DNA of 63,886 nt, filler included, from Gonapodya sp. JEL0774 (Eukaryota): assembly GCA_027604505.1 (NCBI GenBank). It is 3 parts of 3 records of this genome, joined end to end, with 100 filler letters (N's around TTAATTAATTAA, not from the genome) between each part and the next. Parts side by side here need not be neighbours in the genome. Positions count along the whole stretch, not along the records: positions 43,975 to 63,886 come from JADIIX010000250.1; 2 more parts are not named here. The stretch is one strand, 5' to 3'. Position 1 is the stretch's first letter. Every line of letters starts with the position of its first letter. A model generated the notes under the pieces. That model did no database searches. It was not told the DNA's origin and saw only the letters and a list, made by a program, of their open reading frames with translations. Shown here in pieces: positions 49,699 to 61,210 of this stretch. Both the position numbers and the translations under genes were made by a program.

Positions 49699-52120
49699 AC
49701 TCAAGAAACCTGGACTTTCCCTGTACCAACCAGAAGATATCATTGTAGTGGCAAGCAAATGCAGGATTGTGCTTAGTTGTGCTGGGATCAACGTTTGCAT
49801 TCACAAGTGCTGTTTTGCTGTTTGCACCAATCCTGCAGTGCTTTGTTGCTCCAAGGGTCTTGTAGGTTGGCAATCCTAATTGTCAGTATCCTCCCATCCC
49901 GTCCCCAAAGTAACTGCAGCCCACCACCTTCTGTTTGCCCCTTGCAGCTTCCTGACCCTGCTCTCTTAGTTCCCTTTCACAGGTCTCTTCTTGCCCATAG
50001 CAGGGGAGTGTTCTGTCAAAGAACAACATTGACATTTGTTCTCCATGAGCTTGAATGTGCAATGGTCAGGTGAGTTCCAAATGCTTTTGCATGTAGAGAG
50101 CTCCAATAATGTTGCCCGAGACCTTGAGGACAGGAAAGTGATTTAAGAGCGGTGGAAACGCAAGGTTCAGAATGATTTGCGACAGGTCAACTTGTTGGTT
50201 GATGGTTGACTCTTTGAGAAGTGGTCCATATAAGTCAATTTGTCTGTTACAAGCAACAAGGGGACCTGTACCAGACCTTGCCGAGATGAACGGGAGAAGA
50301 AGCTTGTGCACTTTGTTGGTTATGTCCTTGGCTGCAATGATTCCAATAACCAGTCCCTCCACGGTTTGCAGTGCAGCTGAGAAGTTGGAGCGCACTACGT
50401 CAATGTTACAGGCGGTGAGTTGAGCTGCACTCCATCTAAAGTGGTCACTGAAAGCTACATCATTCTCTCCATACAGGTTGTTGATGGCGGATCGGAGTTC
50501 TCACACACGTTTCTTGTCATCTGCAGGACAGGTAAAGATTGCGTGAGGTGAGTTTTGTTTGGGATCTTTTACTGCCTGACTGGATCAACCTCACAAACTC
50601 ACTCTCCGCAATGCTTGGGGCTCCAAAAATTTTCCTCCAACCCTCACTCAATGCCCGTCCCACTTCTGCGCGGGCATCTGCAGTTGGTCTTGGGAGGCTG
50701 TAGTGGATATCATACCCACCAGGCTCCCTGCAGCAATCAGAAACTTTCCTCTAAGTCCCTGACAAACAGCATCTCTAGCTCTGGTTTTGCAAACGTGCAT
50801 TCGGGAATCTCAATCCTAACTACGGTCTTGGATGTCCATCAAGGTAGCAGAATTTCATCCAGCTCTCTGTGATCTGCTCCGCCATCTCGCGTTTTATCTT
50901 CTTCTTCAGATCTGGGAGTACCTGGCATGACCACAGACCCTGTTCAGCAACTGCCTGTGCGTTCCACCTCTTTGAGCAGCAGATACATCTTCTCGAGTGT
51001 GATCCATGCCATCGCCACACCTCAACAAGCCAACATACTGCACCAAGTAGTCTGGTGGTCATGACTTCTCACGTTGGTTTGTGGGAGCTTGTGCAGCTTG
51101 GCAATGCTGTGGAGGATTGTGGCAACGTAAGGTGAGTCTGCAGGGAAGGCATCCCAGTACATTATGGCTTGAGCCTCTGTCACAATGAAAGCTCCACGAA
51201 ATTGTCCTGTGTATATGCAGAAAGTTGATGGAGCGCTGGGGTAACAGTGGTAGAGTAGGGGAAATGGGTGTTGCCAAATGTGAGCTGTCACTTCAAAGTA
51301 GCCATTTGTTTTCCATGTCCACATTAAAAGGACATGCTCACTTTTTGGGTCTGCACTCTTGGCCACGTTCTTCTGCTGCTGTGGTGTTATTGCAACCTCT
51401 TACAACCTTCCTTTTGAACAAACGCCCCAAATCCAACCCTGACATGTCCAACACTCAGACTTCCCTCCCAAGGTCCTGGGATCTGTTATTAGTGAAAGTG
51501 GGTTTGGGTGCAAGCTTTGAGGCCAGGAATTTTGCGTTGGGATGTAGTCCAAGGACAACAGTTGGAAGGTGGACACAAGCAGGCAGTGTGTGAGGTTGTA
51601 GACGGTGGAGAAGAACATGGGGAAGAATCAGCTCAAGACAGAAACAGATTGCGGTCAAGTCGAGCAGCGGTTTGTGGAATCTGTCCAGGTGGGACATCTT
51701 GGTGAGGAGTGTCACAAACAGGTCCCAAAGGGCATCGTTCTTGGCATCAGAAGTAATGCAATGTCCTTGAATTTTGATTGGATCAATTGTTCCGACAATT
51801 ATCTCACATTCAGTGAGTGCCACGTCTTTTACCAAAAATTCCTTGTCCAAGGAGTTCACAGCCTCCTTCTTGAGCTGCTCAAACAGCTTGTCCACTTCTG
51901 ACGCTGCTTTTAACCGCTTGGCCTTGTTTCTGCCTCTGGGAGGAGCGTTGAAGATTGTGTTGAGCGAGTTGGCAACGGACAGGGATGTCAGGGGCAGCGC
52001 AGAGACTGATTTGGACATTGCTAGGTGTTTTGGTGAGCAGAACAAGAGCTTTGGCAAGTCTTTGGGTGCCTGGAGATGTGGTAAAATAGCAGTAGAAGAG
52101 ATGGAATCATGAGAGTTCAC
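49699..52120 (-). pseudogene. Decayed long ORF in right arm, continuing through the spacer
   Basis: Mirror of the left-arm ORF (fragments 51455-52120, 50066-50395, 49609-49800). The spacer reads LSTILHLLATTMISSG in frame. Confidence 0.45.
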
Positions 52121-53829
52121 ATATGGCTGTCATTTCTTTCCAGTCCAATGGAGAGCATTTTCTTACTCAGAAAGGCTCTGTGAGCACTTGCGTACCTAAA
52201 TGTAGTCTGAAATGAAGTTTTTGGTTGGTCGCGTTCTGGTTGGGTGAACTTGGCGAAGATGGTCAGGTTCGACCTTTATACGTGCGGCAGTGTGATTGGG
52301 CTTGCAGTACCAAAGTGCGAGAGGGGATTCCCACGCAACCAAAGTCGGAACCTCCAGCGCAATCGGACAAATGCACTTGGTTGAGAGCCTCCTATTTCTT
52401 GTGTATTACATCATCATTGAAGTCTGTCCCTACACACATAGTGTGTCTGGATGAATTATGAAAGCAAGTTTTAAGGACAACAGTCATTCCACTCATCCAA
52501 ACCAGTTCCTGTTTGTCCTGCCACAAATCATTTCCACCCCTCTCTGGTTTGCTTATTCACATAATTATGCAGGGCTTGTCATCCAGCCATATCTGATGGT
52601 GCTGACTACAGTGTACCCATCCTCCTCCGCTGGGACTTGACCTCCACTCTGTACTAACTTAGTAATCCCATGTACTTTTAGCTGAAAGATGTAGGACTTG
52701 ATGCAAATGCCGATCTTTTGCTCACCAGCATTCCAAGATCCAACACACGTAATCACCCACAACAAGCATACCGTGTCTCTGAAGGAGGCCAGTCTACCAA
52801 CACCCTCTGGCCAATGGGTGCAAACCACTGTGAGAATGGTCCCGTATAAAGAGCCGCCCAACAACGTGACATGGGCAAACCATACCGCCAGAATGGTTCA
52901 GGCAACAGTGAGAACACCATATACTCCCCTCAGAATCATCTGAGACCCAGTAATCTTTCATTCTCTGTGATCAGTTATAAGAAAACTCTTGAATTTGAGG
53001 TGTCTACGGCTGAGTCGATGAAAGCTGACGTGGTTCTCATCATGACATCATGATCGGCCTGGTATGGCATGTAATGTCAAACAATGTCATGTTTTAAAAC
53101 CCTCGAAAACTGCAACTACGGGGAATGTACCCCAACTCTCTCCTCACTACGCCCCACTACCCTGCACGTCTTGCTCTACTCCATTGTAGTACACAATTGT
53201 CTTGCTTTCAACTGCCTACTCTGTATATCCACACTGTATCTTTTATGTGCATCCTCTCCCGTGGTCCTTTCTCCATACCCGTTCGCACCCCACAGCCAAG
53301 TGCTCACCCCTCCACGTCCCATACCACCCTCTTCACCCACCCACCAGCCACCCGCGTGGATTAGATGGCGAAACCACTGTGCTGTCCATGCATTGCCCTG
53401 CGTGCCGATCCAGTCACTCGTCGCTCGCTCCTCGCTCGTCACAGAGTGAGCTGGTAACACTTATGTCTCGTGGCTCAGGCGACAGGCACAGCTCATGAGA
53501 AAAGAGAAGAAAAAATAAAAAGCAACAACGGGGACGGGACCAGGACAGCACGAGACCAAATGGGAAATCGGGAATCGGCCACAATGGGGTATTCCACCAC
53601 TCGGAAGAAGACTATGTATTGATCACGCGCACCGGGTCAGACGAGAGATGGCAAAGGTGCGACGGGGGATGGATCTACGGGCGCAGTTTAGATGTTGAAT
53701 ACCGACCATGTTCGTGGGGAGGGCTGCGGTCACACCCGACTTTGTCTTCGCATTGTCTTCCCTTCACTCTTCCTTCCCCACACCCAACCCCACACCAATC
53801 GCCCGTCCCGTACCCCCACCCCTTCTTCC

Positions 53830-56580
53830 ATGGCCACCACCGACTCCGACCAAGCCGTTCTCGTCACCCTCGTGCGCACCGTACTGCGCGCCTACTACCC
53901 TCCCCCTTACGTCCTGGTCATGGACATCCTGACCCGAGTCGGCGAGGCGCGCGACGACGAACTCGTCGCCAGGACCAAGATTCCCGCCAAGGAGCTGGCT
54001 AGGATATGCCAGAGGTTGAAGGACGATAGGTTGTTGGCGGCGTGAGTTGAGTAGTGGGACAAGACCAGAAATCTCAGAGGCCGCCCCGGGACCCCGGCCG
54101 GAGGTGAGCGGAGAGAAAAACGGAGGGACGGCCATCACCACGAAGGAACAGCGAGGGGTCTGAACAAGCGTCGGTGAGGTGGTGCGGGGCCTTGTTCCGC
54201 CGAGGGAGAGAGAGACTCGTGCAGGGTTCCCCACACCCAGCCACCAGGACGGATGTGCTTCCTTCCCTTCGTATGGACCGGTGTGCCCTTTCTCATTCCC
54301 CAACTTGTTTCGAGGTTTGAGGTTTTCGTATGGGCTGGCTGGCACATGGACTTGAAAAACGACGTATGGACATGGGGACAGGGGACATCTCGCATGGACT
54401 GGACGTAGGGAGTTTTGAACACCACTCTCCGTCTTTTCTGGGTCTTTTCTGTCCGTCATCACCCACCCCCGTACCCCGTCCCCATTCCCCCTTTCCCCTT
54501 CCCCGTGCCCCTTCCCCCGTCCCCGCACACGGCAACCTTTAGAGAATCCAAAGAAACCACAGTGGGCATGAAGATCGTCCAGAGGAACACGTGAGTTCTC
54601 GTCTCTCGTTCCTCGTTTCCCCCGTCTCGGTCTCGGAACGCGATAGGACCACCTGCATCCTTGTCGCTCGCTCGTCCCACCCGGTCGTGGGTGTGGGTGT
54701 GGGTGGGTGGAGGTCGTGGGGACCAGCGACGAGCGCCACTCCCCCTCCCCGGTTCCCCATCTCACCTCCCCCCTTCCCCCTCTCACTCCTCCTCGTGCCC
54801 CCACCGCACCGTACCGCACAACCTGCTACCGCCCCCCACCTCCAAGTTACTTCATCGACTACATGCAGTTCGTCAACGCCGTAAAGCTCCGGCTGGCGCT
54901 GGTGCAGAGGAGGATCAAGAGGGATATCAAGGAGGTGGGTGGTGGGTTATGGTTTTTTGACGAGAGGGAGGAGGGGGGAGGGGGGGGGGCGGGTTTGTGT
55001 GATGGAGGAGATGGAAAACTATGTACCATGAACGTTCTTGGCGGGGTGGAAGTGAGGAAAGTGGGAGAAAGGTCGAGTCACGATCACTCTTCCCTCTCCC
55101 ATCTCCCATCTCCTTCTCCCCCCCCCCCCCAAGTCCGAGTCCCGCCAGTCCTTCCTCTGCCCCGTGTGCCGCACCACCTACGACCTGACCGACGCCCTCC
55201 GCCTCTTCGACGCTGCGCGGAACCAGATGCTGTGCACCTACGACGGCACGGTGGTGGACGTGGTCAAGGAGAGCGGGGGCAGGGGGGAGGAGACACTGCG
55301 GAAGTTCACGAAAGAGAATGGCATGGTTATGGAAATGTTGAAGAGGGCGGATGAGATGAAGGTGGTGGGGTGGGTTGGCGGGCGTGGGGGAAGGGGAGAT
55401 GGTCGATGGTGGCAAGTGGGACGGGAGAGGGCCGGGAAACCCCCGCGGATGGGAAGCTTGGTGGCTGGTGCCTCACCTCGTTCGATGCCTTGACCCCTTG
55501 ACACTTACACGCGGGTTCTTTTCATATCCCTTCTGTTCCTTTGCTTATTTTGTTGTCTTAAAACCCCCCACCCCCCGCCGCAGCCACCACCGCGCCGCCA
55601 AACTCACCAAAGAGCAGCGGCAAGCCATCAAGGCCGAACTTTCGCTTTCCTCTTCCTCCTCCTTGTCCACCTCTGGCCTGTCTTCGACCAACGCCGGTGA
55701 TTTGGCCAGGCAGATGGCCCAGGGGAGGGTCGAGGTGGTCATCCACGAGGGGAACGGAACCGGTGGGAGTGGGAACACGGGCACGGGGAAGGTGTGAGTA
55801 AATTCTTGTCTTCGCTGCCCTTCTTTTTGTTCTGTGTGGGTTTGCAGCGCCTGCGAGGGTGTGTTGTGTCGTGGTGCTGGCATATTCTGCAAGTGATGGG
55901 ATTTTTTTGCCTTACTGAAACCGCCCATCCCCGTCCCCACGCCTAGCACTTCCCACGACCTCCCCATATGGCACCAGTACAGTACCGTTACGGGGGAACG
56001 GGTGGTGCCCTCCAAGAACGCCGGACATGGACGGGGACAGGTGGGACAAGGAAAGGGAAAGGGGGGGATGTCGCAGGGAGGGAAAGCGGGGGAGGGAGAG
56101 GAAGGGGAGGAGGAGGAGGAGGCAAGGCGTGAGTGGTTTGGAGAGGGTTGTGGGTGATGGGTCGAGGGTGTCGGTCCTGTCGGGACCCCCATTCGCCTCT
56201 CATCCACCAATCCTTATTGCCCCTTTCTCACCCTACACCTCCCACCTCACCCAGGCATCGCCGCCTACCTCGCCAACTACCAGGGCGCCGCGTCCGACCC
56301 CGACCCGGACCCGGACTCTGATCCCTCGGACGACGAGGAAGAGTTTTCCTCGGTGGACGGTGCGTCGGTCGGGGGGTCGGGATCGGCGGTGGGGAGTCCT
56401 GCGGCAGTGGGGAGTCCGGTATACACTGGGCCGGATGTGGGAGGGGGAGAGGATAGTGAGGTGGGGAGGGGGGTGAAGAGGGGGAGGGAGGAGGAAGAGG
56501 AGAAGCGGGAAGCGCAGAAGGTGGAGGGAAAGGTGGAAGGAGGTGGTGTGGAGGAAGACGAGGAGTTCGAGGATGTGTGA
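53830..56580 (+). CDS. TFA1: General transcription factor TFIIE alpha subunit, multi-exon
   Basis: Winged helix (LVRTVLRAYY..VLVMDILTR..DDEL..KELARICQRLKDDRLL), YFIDYMQFVNAVKLRL, zinc ribbon (FLCPVCRTTYDLTDALRLFD..MLCTYDGT) and acidic C-terminus EDEEFEDV*. Confidence 0.9.
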
Positions 56581-57145
56581 AGGTGTGTGCGTGCGGTGGA
56601 GTTGGTCGGTGGAGGGGGAAGGGGATGTGGAGTTGGAGATGGAAGAGCAGAAGGGGGCGACATGGCGGGGGGCGATCGGGTGGACCATGCAGGTGGACGC
56701 GGAGATGCGGGAAACCGCGATGAAGGCGGGGAGGTCCGGCGAGGTGGCTTGACGCACCAACCGTTTCGTATGTACACGGCATGTATCTAGATACCTATTA
56801 CTCTCATAATACCTCCACGATCGATCATAACAAACTATGTACAAAAGAAAGAGATACGTTTCCCTTTAAAGCTCTTTACGATCATAAAGGATGATGAACG
56901 GAGAGAGAGGATGATCACCCGACGAACAAACGCTTCCCGCAAGAGATGTGCGAGTGATGAGCCAGCGAAGACCTGAGCCACAATCTGCGAGGTTCAGGCA
57001 TGATATGTAATGAGGTTCGCCCTCTATTGCTTGCGCAAGCAACTTGCGCAAGCTCTGTGTGATGGACATGTAAAAGGGGTTTTGTCAATCTGTGCAAAGG
57101 ACTGCAGTCTCACAGAATCCCAACTTCGTTTTCACCGAAATCATC

Positions 57146-58172
57146 ATGAAGGGACACAAGAATTTGAATGTTGTCAACCCCAAGAAGCCCAAGCGTATTG
57201 CGATCGTGCTCTCAAACCCCGGTGTGTCGGCCACGACACGCGGGCCAGTCGGATTCTGTGAGAACGCTCTCTTTCATTTTGGACGAAAAGGGGTTCTCCT
57301 GCCGTTAGAGGATTGAGTTTCCCTCCGTTGGCCACGATCTTTTCAATTCAGGGTGGGCGGAACTGACACACCCATACTTTTACTTCTCCGAGGTTGGCTA
57401 CGAAGTTGACCTGTTCTCGCCCTTGGGAGGAAAGGTTGAAGGTGACGCTTCAAGTGATCCCGAGGATCCAAGCCAATGGCAGGCTGAAGACGTGATCTCA
57501 CGCGGATACAAGGTGACCAGGTTCTTTCCATCAATTTCCATTCAGATATGCTGAACCGCTCCGTTTCAAACTGCCCCTATCATTTGCAGCACGACCCAGA
57601 CTTTGTTGCTCTCCTGAAGTCGACCCGTCCAGTGGACGAGATCTCTGTTGACAAATATGACGCCATTGTTGTGGCGGGCGGGCAAGGTCCCATGTGGACC
57701 TTCTCCAGCGCTCACGGTTTGCACAAAAAGTTCGCGGAGTTCTACGAGGCTGGAAAGGTCACTGCCGCCCTTTGCCACGGTACCGCGGTTCTTCGCTACG
57801 CCATGCTCTCTGACGGAACGCCGCTCGTGCGTGGGAAATCAGTCACGGGCTTCGCCAACGTGGAAGAAGACTTCGCCGACGCTGCGATGGTGAATTGGGG
57901 GGTGCTGAAGGCAGGCGAGCATGTGATGCCGTGGAGGATCGAAGACGGGTTGAAGAAGCTCGGAGCCAACTACATCCGCTCTGCGATGTGGGCTGGATTC
58001 GCGACAAGGGATGGAAACTTGATCACGGGACAGCAGAACTACTCGTGAGTTGATCCCGACGTTGTTATGCTGGGGTTGTATGGTGAAATTCGTGTTCGTT
58101 TTCGAACGATGGTTGGCTGGGCAAAGTGGAGGAGAAACGGCCAAGTTGATCATCGAAGCCCTGGGCCTTTGA
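57146..58172 (+). CDS. DJ-1/PfpI (class I glutamine amidotransferase-like, Hsp31/glyoxalase III-type) protein, 3 introns
   Basis: RIAIVLSNP..GFWWAELTHPY, YDAIVVAGGQGPM, catalytic ALCHG, GKSVTGF, RDGNLITGQQNYSGGETAKLIIEAL*. Confidence 0.9.
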
Positions 58173-58479
58173 GTTTCAACAATCACATGCAAAAGAGTGA
58201 ATGGAGTAGCCACCTTCCAGAAATTGGTGTCTTTGTAAGAGTTTGAGTTTCTGCTTTATTTTTCAAAAGAATTACAAACGGTCTAATCAGTGAAAAGTTA
58301 CGTGAATGTGAACAATACGAACAGAAGACAGGTCTGACAGTAGCCTGAGGTGTTTCTGAATCACACTGGATTTTACTGTGATGATTTCTGGTGACATGGA
58401 ATGTGATGCACACACTATGCACCACTGGTCACCGGAGGGAACATGGTCACTCAAATACTCCATACCCTTCTTCTTTACC

Positions 58480-58940
58480 GGAGTCTACTGCTCTAATGTC
58501 TCGACTGCCATGGAGGGCTGAGCGAACTACCGGGACCGGCAGGTCCTCGAGTCTCGGCGCAAGTTCAAGGTCAGTAATGCAAGAATGACCGCTCAACAGC
58601 AAAACATTACCAACTTCAAAGACGCTGGTGTGAGAATGGATGTATATATTGAGCAAGCGGGTGGGCCTGTGAGGCCCGGTGCACATTACGTGACTCCCCC
58701 CCCCCCCGCCGCACAACAGGCACCCCCCCCCTCCCAATGCCCGCCTCCCATCTACGCCCTGCACTCTCCAATCCCGCCCACCACATTCCCGAGTCGCATT
58801 TCCTTGCCCAAGTGTAGGACTTGTGACCCGACTCGAGCCAAAATCACGACATGAGAATAGACACTCCAAACGTCGACTTCACGGCAGCTCTCTCGGCTCT
58901 GGCTTCTGCTCACACAAGACTCGTCAATGGTGCGTGTGGT
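58480..58940 (+). repeat. Degenerate duplicate of 61092-61413 (upstream region plus first exon of the coiled-coil gene)
   Basis: 58480-58558 resembles 61092-61170 and 58731-58940 resembles 61205-61413 (e.g. 'atcccgcccaccacattcccgagtcgcattt'). This copy has in-frame stops and an extra ~140 bp. Confidence 0.85.
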
Positions 58941-59300
58941 GCTACCTAATTCACGAGACGACTTACATGCTTGCCTTGCGCCCACAACGGATCAACCAGG
59001 TTGGAAAGCGGAAAGAGTGCGAGTTCAGAATCGATCGAAACGTAAAGCCTTGATCACGCGCCGGTCAAGCAAACACGGAAGACATTTGCACGACAGAAAA
59101 CTGTCTCTACAAACATATTTAGATCTTTCCCGACGATCTCATTGAGCATTCTAACGCAAACACCGGGATCCATCCTGATACGTACATGGTGCACTTGCGC
59201 CAAACCAAGACCGCCATAAACGCAACCACTATCACACTAAAATACACAGAAAACCTACTGAAATACCAAATCAGCCATATAATAACATCCACGTGCCGAA

Positions 59301-60577
59301 TCAAAACAGGTAACCGTTGACCGCAACGATCGCCTCGGGCAAAGCGTCCCCACTGGCACCGAGGAGGCTCTTTAAATCCCTTTCGATCGTTCTCGTGTAC
59401 GACGTGAGCGGCACGTCAGTGATGGCTCCCTCGAACGGATCCTCGTTGACGGCTCCAGTGCGTTCGATCGTCGTGAAGAGGAACGATACGATGCCCGATA
59501 TGGGAATGACGAGGTACGCGGCGCCAGAGATGACGAAGGTCTGCCCAGCGGTGGGGGTGGACAGGTGGGAATGAGGTGTGTGGTGTCCGGATTCGGCGGG
59601 CAATAATGAACTCACTTGAACTAAAAAGAATGGCAAGAGAATCACGAACACGTGAACGTAAACCCTAGCATGCGGATCGAATATCGATTTGTTGTGCTGT
59701 GGAAGAGGTTACTATTGGCAGACAAGCCTCACCTCGTGAAGTAATCATACTGCCTGTCAGTAAATGTTTTTTCAGTGGGTACTCGTACTCGCAAGTAACC
59801 TGTGCGCAGTTTTAAGTTACGCACCTCGGAACCGGGATCTCTTTTATTCTCTCACAGACAGACTGCGCCCCTTGCAACGCCGCGAGTTGTCCTTCCATCT
59901 GGAAGGAATCGAACCCCTGCAGTGTTCCATCCGCCATTCCATCGTAAATCCGATGCGCTATGCGTTTCATTATCCAGAGTGGCCGGTTGTGCGCCAGTTG
60001 TATCTCAGAAGCTTCCTCGCGGGGTAAGAGCGACATGACGTCCCCGTAGTCCGTTTGCTTCCTGAGCTGCACACGGAGAGCATGCGACCACGCAATCACA
60101 CGGTGGATCATCTCCCTTTTGTAAGCCTCGGCCCTCTCCGAGTTGTATTGCGACGTGTGTTTGTGAGCGTCCACGAAGCACACGACGAGATGACCGAGGA
60201 TACGAGAGGCGGTGGTGATGGTGGCCCACGCCTGTGCGGCTTCTCCCCAACGAGAGAAGGAAGTGTTTGCGCGAAAGGCGAGGAAAATTGACAGTGCGGT
60301 TCCCAAGACACCAACCGGGGCGAACGACCTTGACTTGCCACAAAGGGAAGAAGAAAAAGAGGAAAGAAAGGAAGACAAAAAGCGAAAATAGAGAGTTTAA
60401 CGCTCAAGTGGGCTGCTTGTGAGTTCAATTGGGATAGCCGCTTTACCAGGAGAGAAACGTCCATCCGAGTTGAGCGACGAAAAGATACGCGAAGAGGGAC
60501 GATATAATCCCGAGAGCGGTGTCGAACCACACATAGGTGATGATTTTGATAGGGTTGAAGTTTCTTTTGACGATCAT
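59301..60577 (-). CDS. Bestrophin-family channel of the bacterial YneE/UPF0187 type, with introns
   Basis: MIVKRNFNPIKI.., LGTALSIFLAFRANTSFSRWGEA, CERIKEIPVP, HVFVILLPF, EDPFEG..DVPLTSYTRTIERDL. Confidence 0.88.
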
Positions 60578-61210
60578 GACGCGATGATGGACAAAGCGAG
60601 CGTATAACGACCTGACGACACAGCTCCACGGATCCACGGAGAGACGGGCAAAAATGTTTTGGGCAACAGCCAAGAGGCCTGATTGAGACTATTAAAAGCA
60701 CTTGCGCATCCGCGGACCATGAGCATGCAGAACCTGAAGACCTGTCGATCGCAAATCCTGAAACCCTCTTTTCCAGAATCACTGGTAATTTATTATCAAC
60801 ATAATAAAATGAGCACGCAAATGTTCACGTAGATGATCTGGAAGATTAATTCGGACAGTTATTATCGTCCTATCCGCCTCATCAGCGGTTCTGTCAGTGT
60901 TGCCACAGAGAAATTATAGCATCTCCGCTTCCTTTCTGTCACCACATGCATTTCCTTGATTGCTCGCTGCCTCTGGGTGGCCCTGGTGATGCCTGGCGCG
61001 GAGCAGAGACGACTTGTCGTTCCGGCCACCCTGTGCAAGGGCAGGGGAGGGTTACCTGTATCATTCCGTCCATATTATGTGTTAGTATTGTACCGGAATC
61101 TAACGCTCTAATGGCTCGGCCGCCATGGAGGTGCGAGCGAAAACCGGCACGGGCCGGTCCTCAAGTCTCGAAAATGCGAAGACCGACCACACTCCACCCA
61201 CCAACTCCCG

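Larger units (their letters stand above)
46333..53123. mobile_element. Giant inverted repeat / fold-back element: arms 46333-49698 and 49776-53123, 77-bp spacer
   Basis: The arms are diverged reverse complements end to end. Starts CCCCGAAGTTGCAGTTTT and ends AAAACTGCAACTACGGGG. Inner ends are 'gttgatcccagcacaac' and 'gttgtgctgggatcaac'. ORF fragments are mirrored (MNSHDSISSTAILP.. at 47353+ and 52120-). Confidence 0.93.

Noticed and set aside
49400..50075. Apparent identity gradient toward the palindrome centre
   Set aside because: The innermost ~80 bp are nearly identical but the next 60 bp are quite diverged. An alignment is needed before any claim.
46325..53131. Possible 8-bp TSD around the palindrome (aatataag / aatgtacc)
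   Set aside because: Only 5 of 8 bases match, which is not distinguishable from chance.
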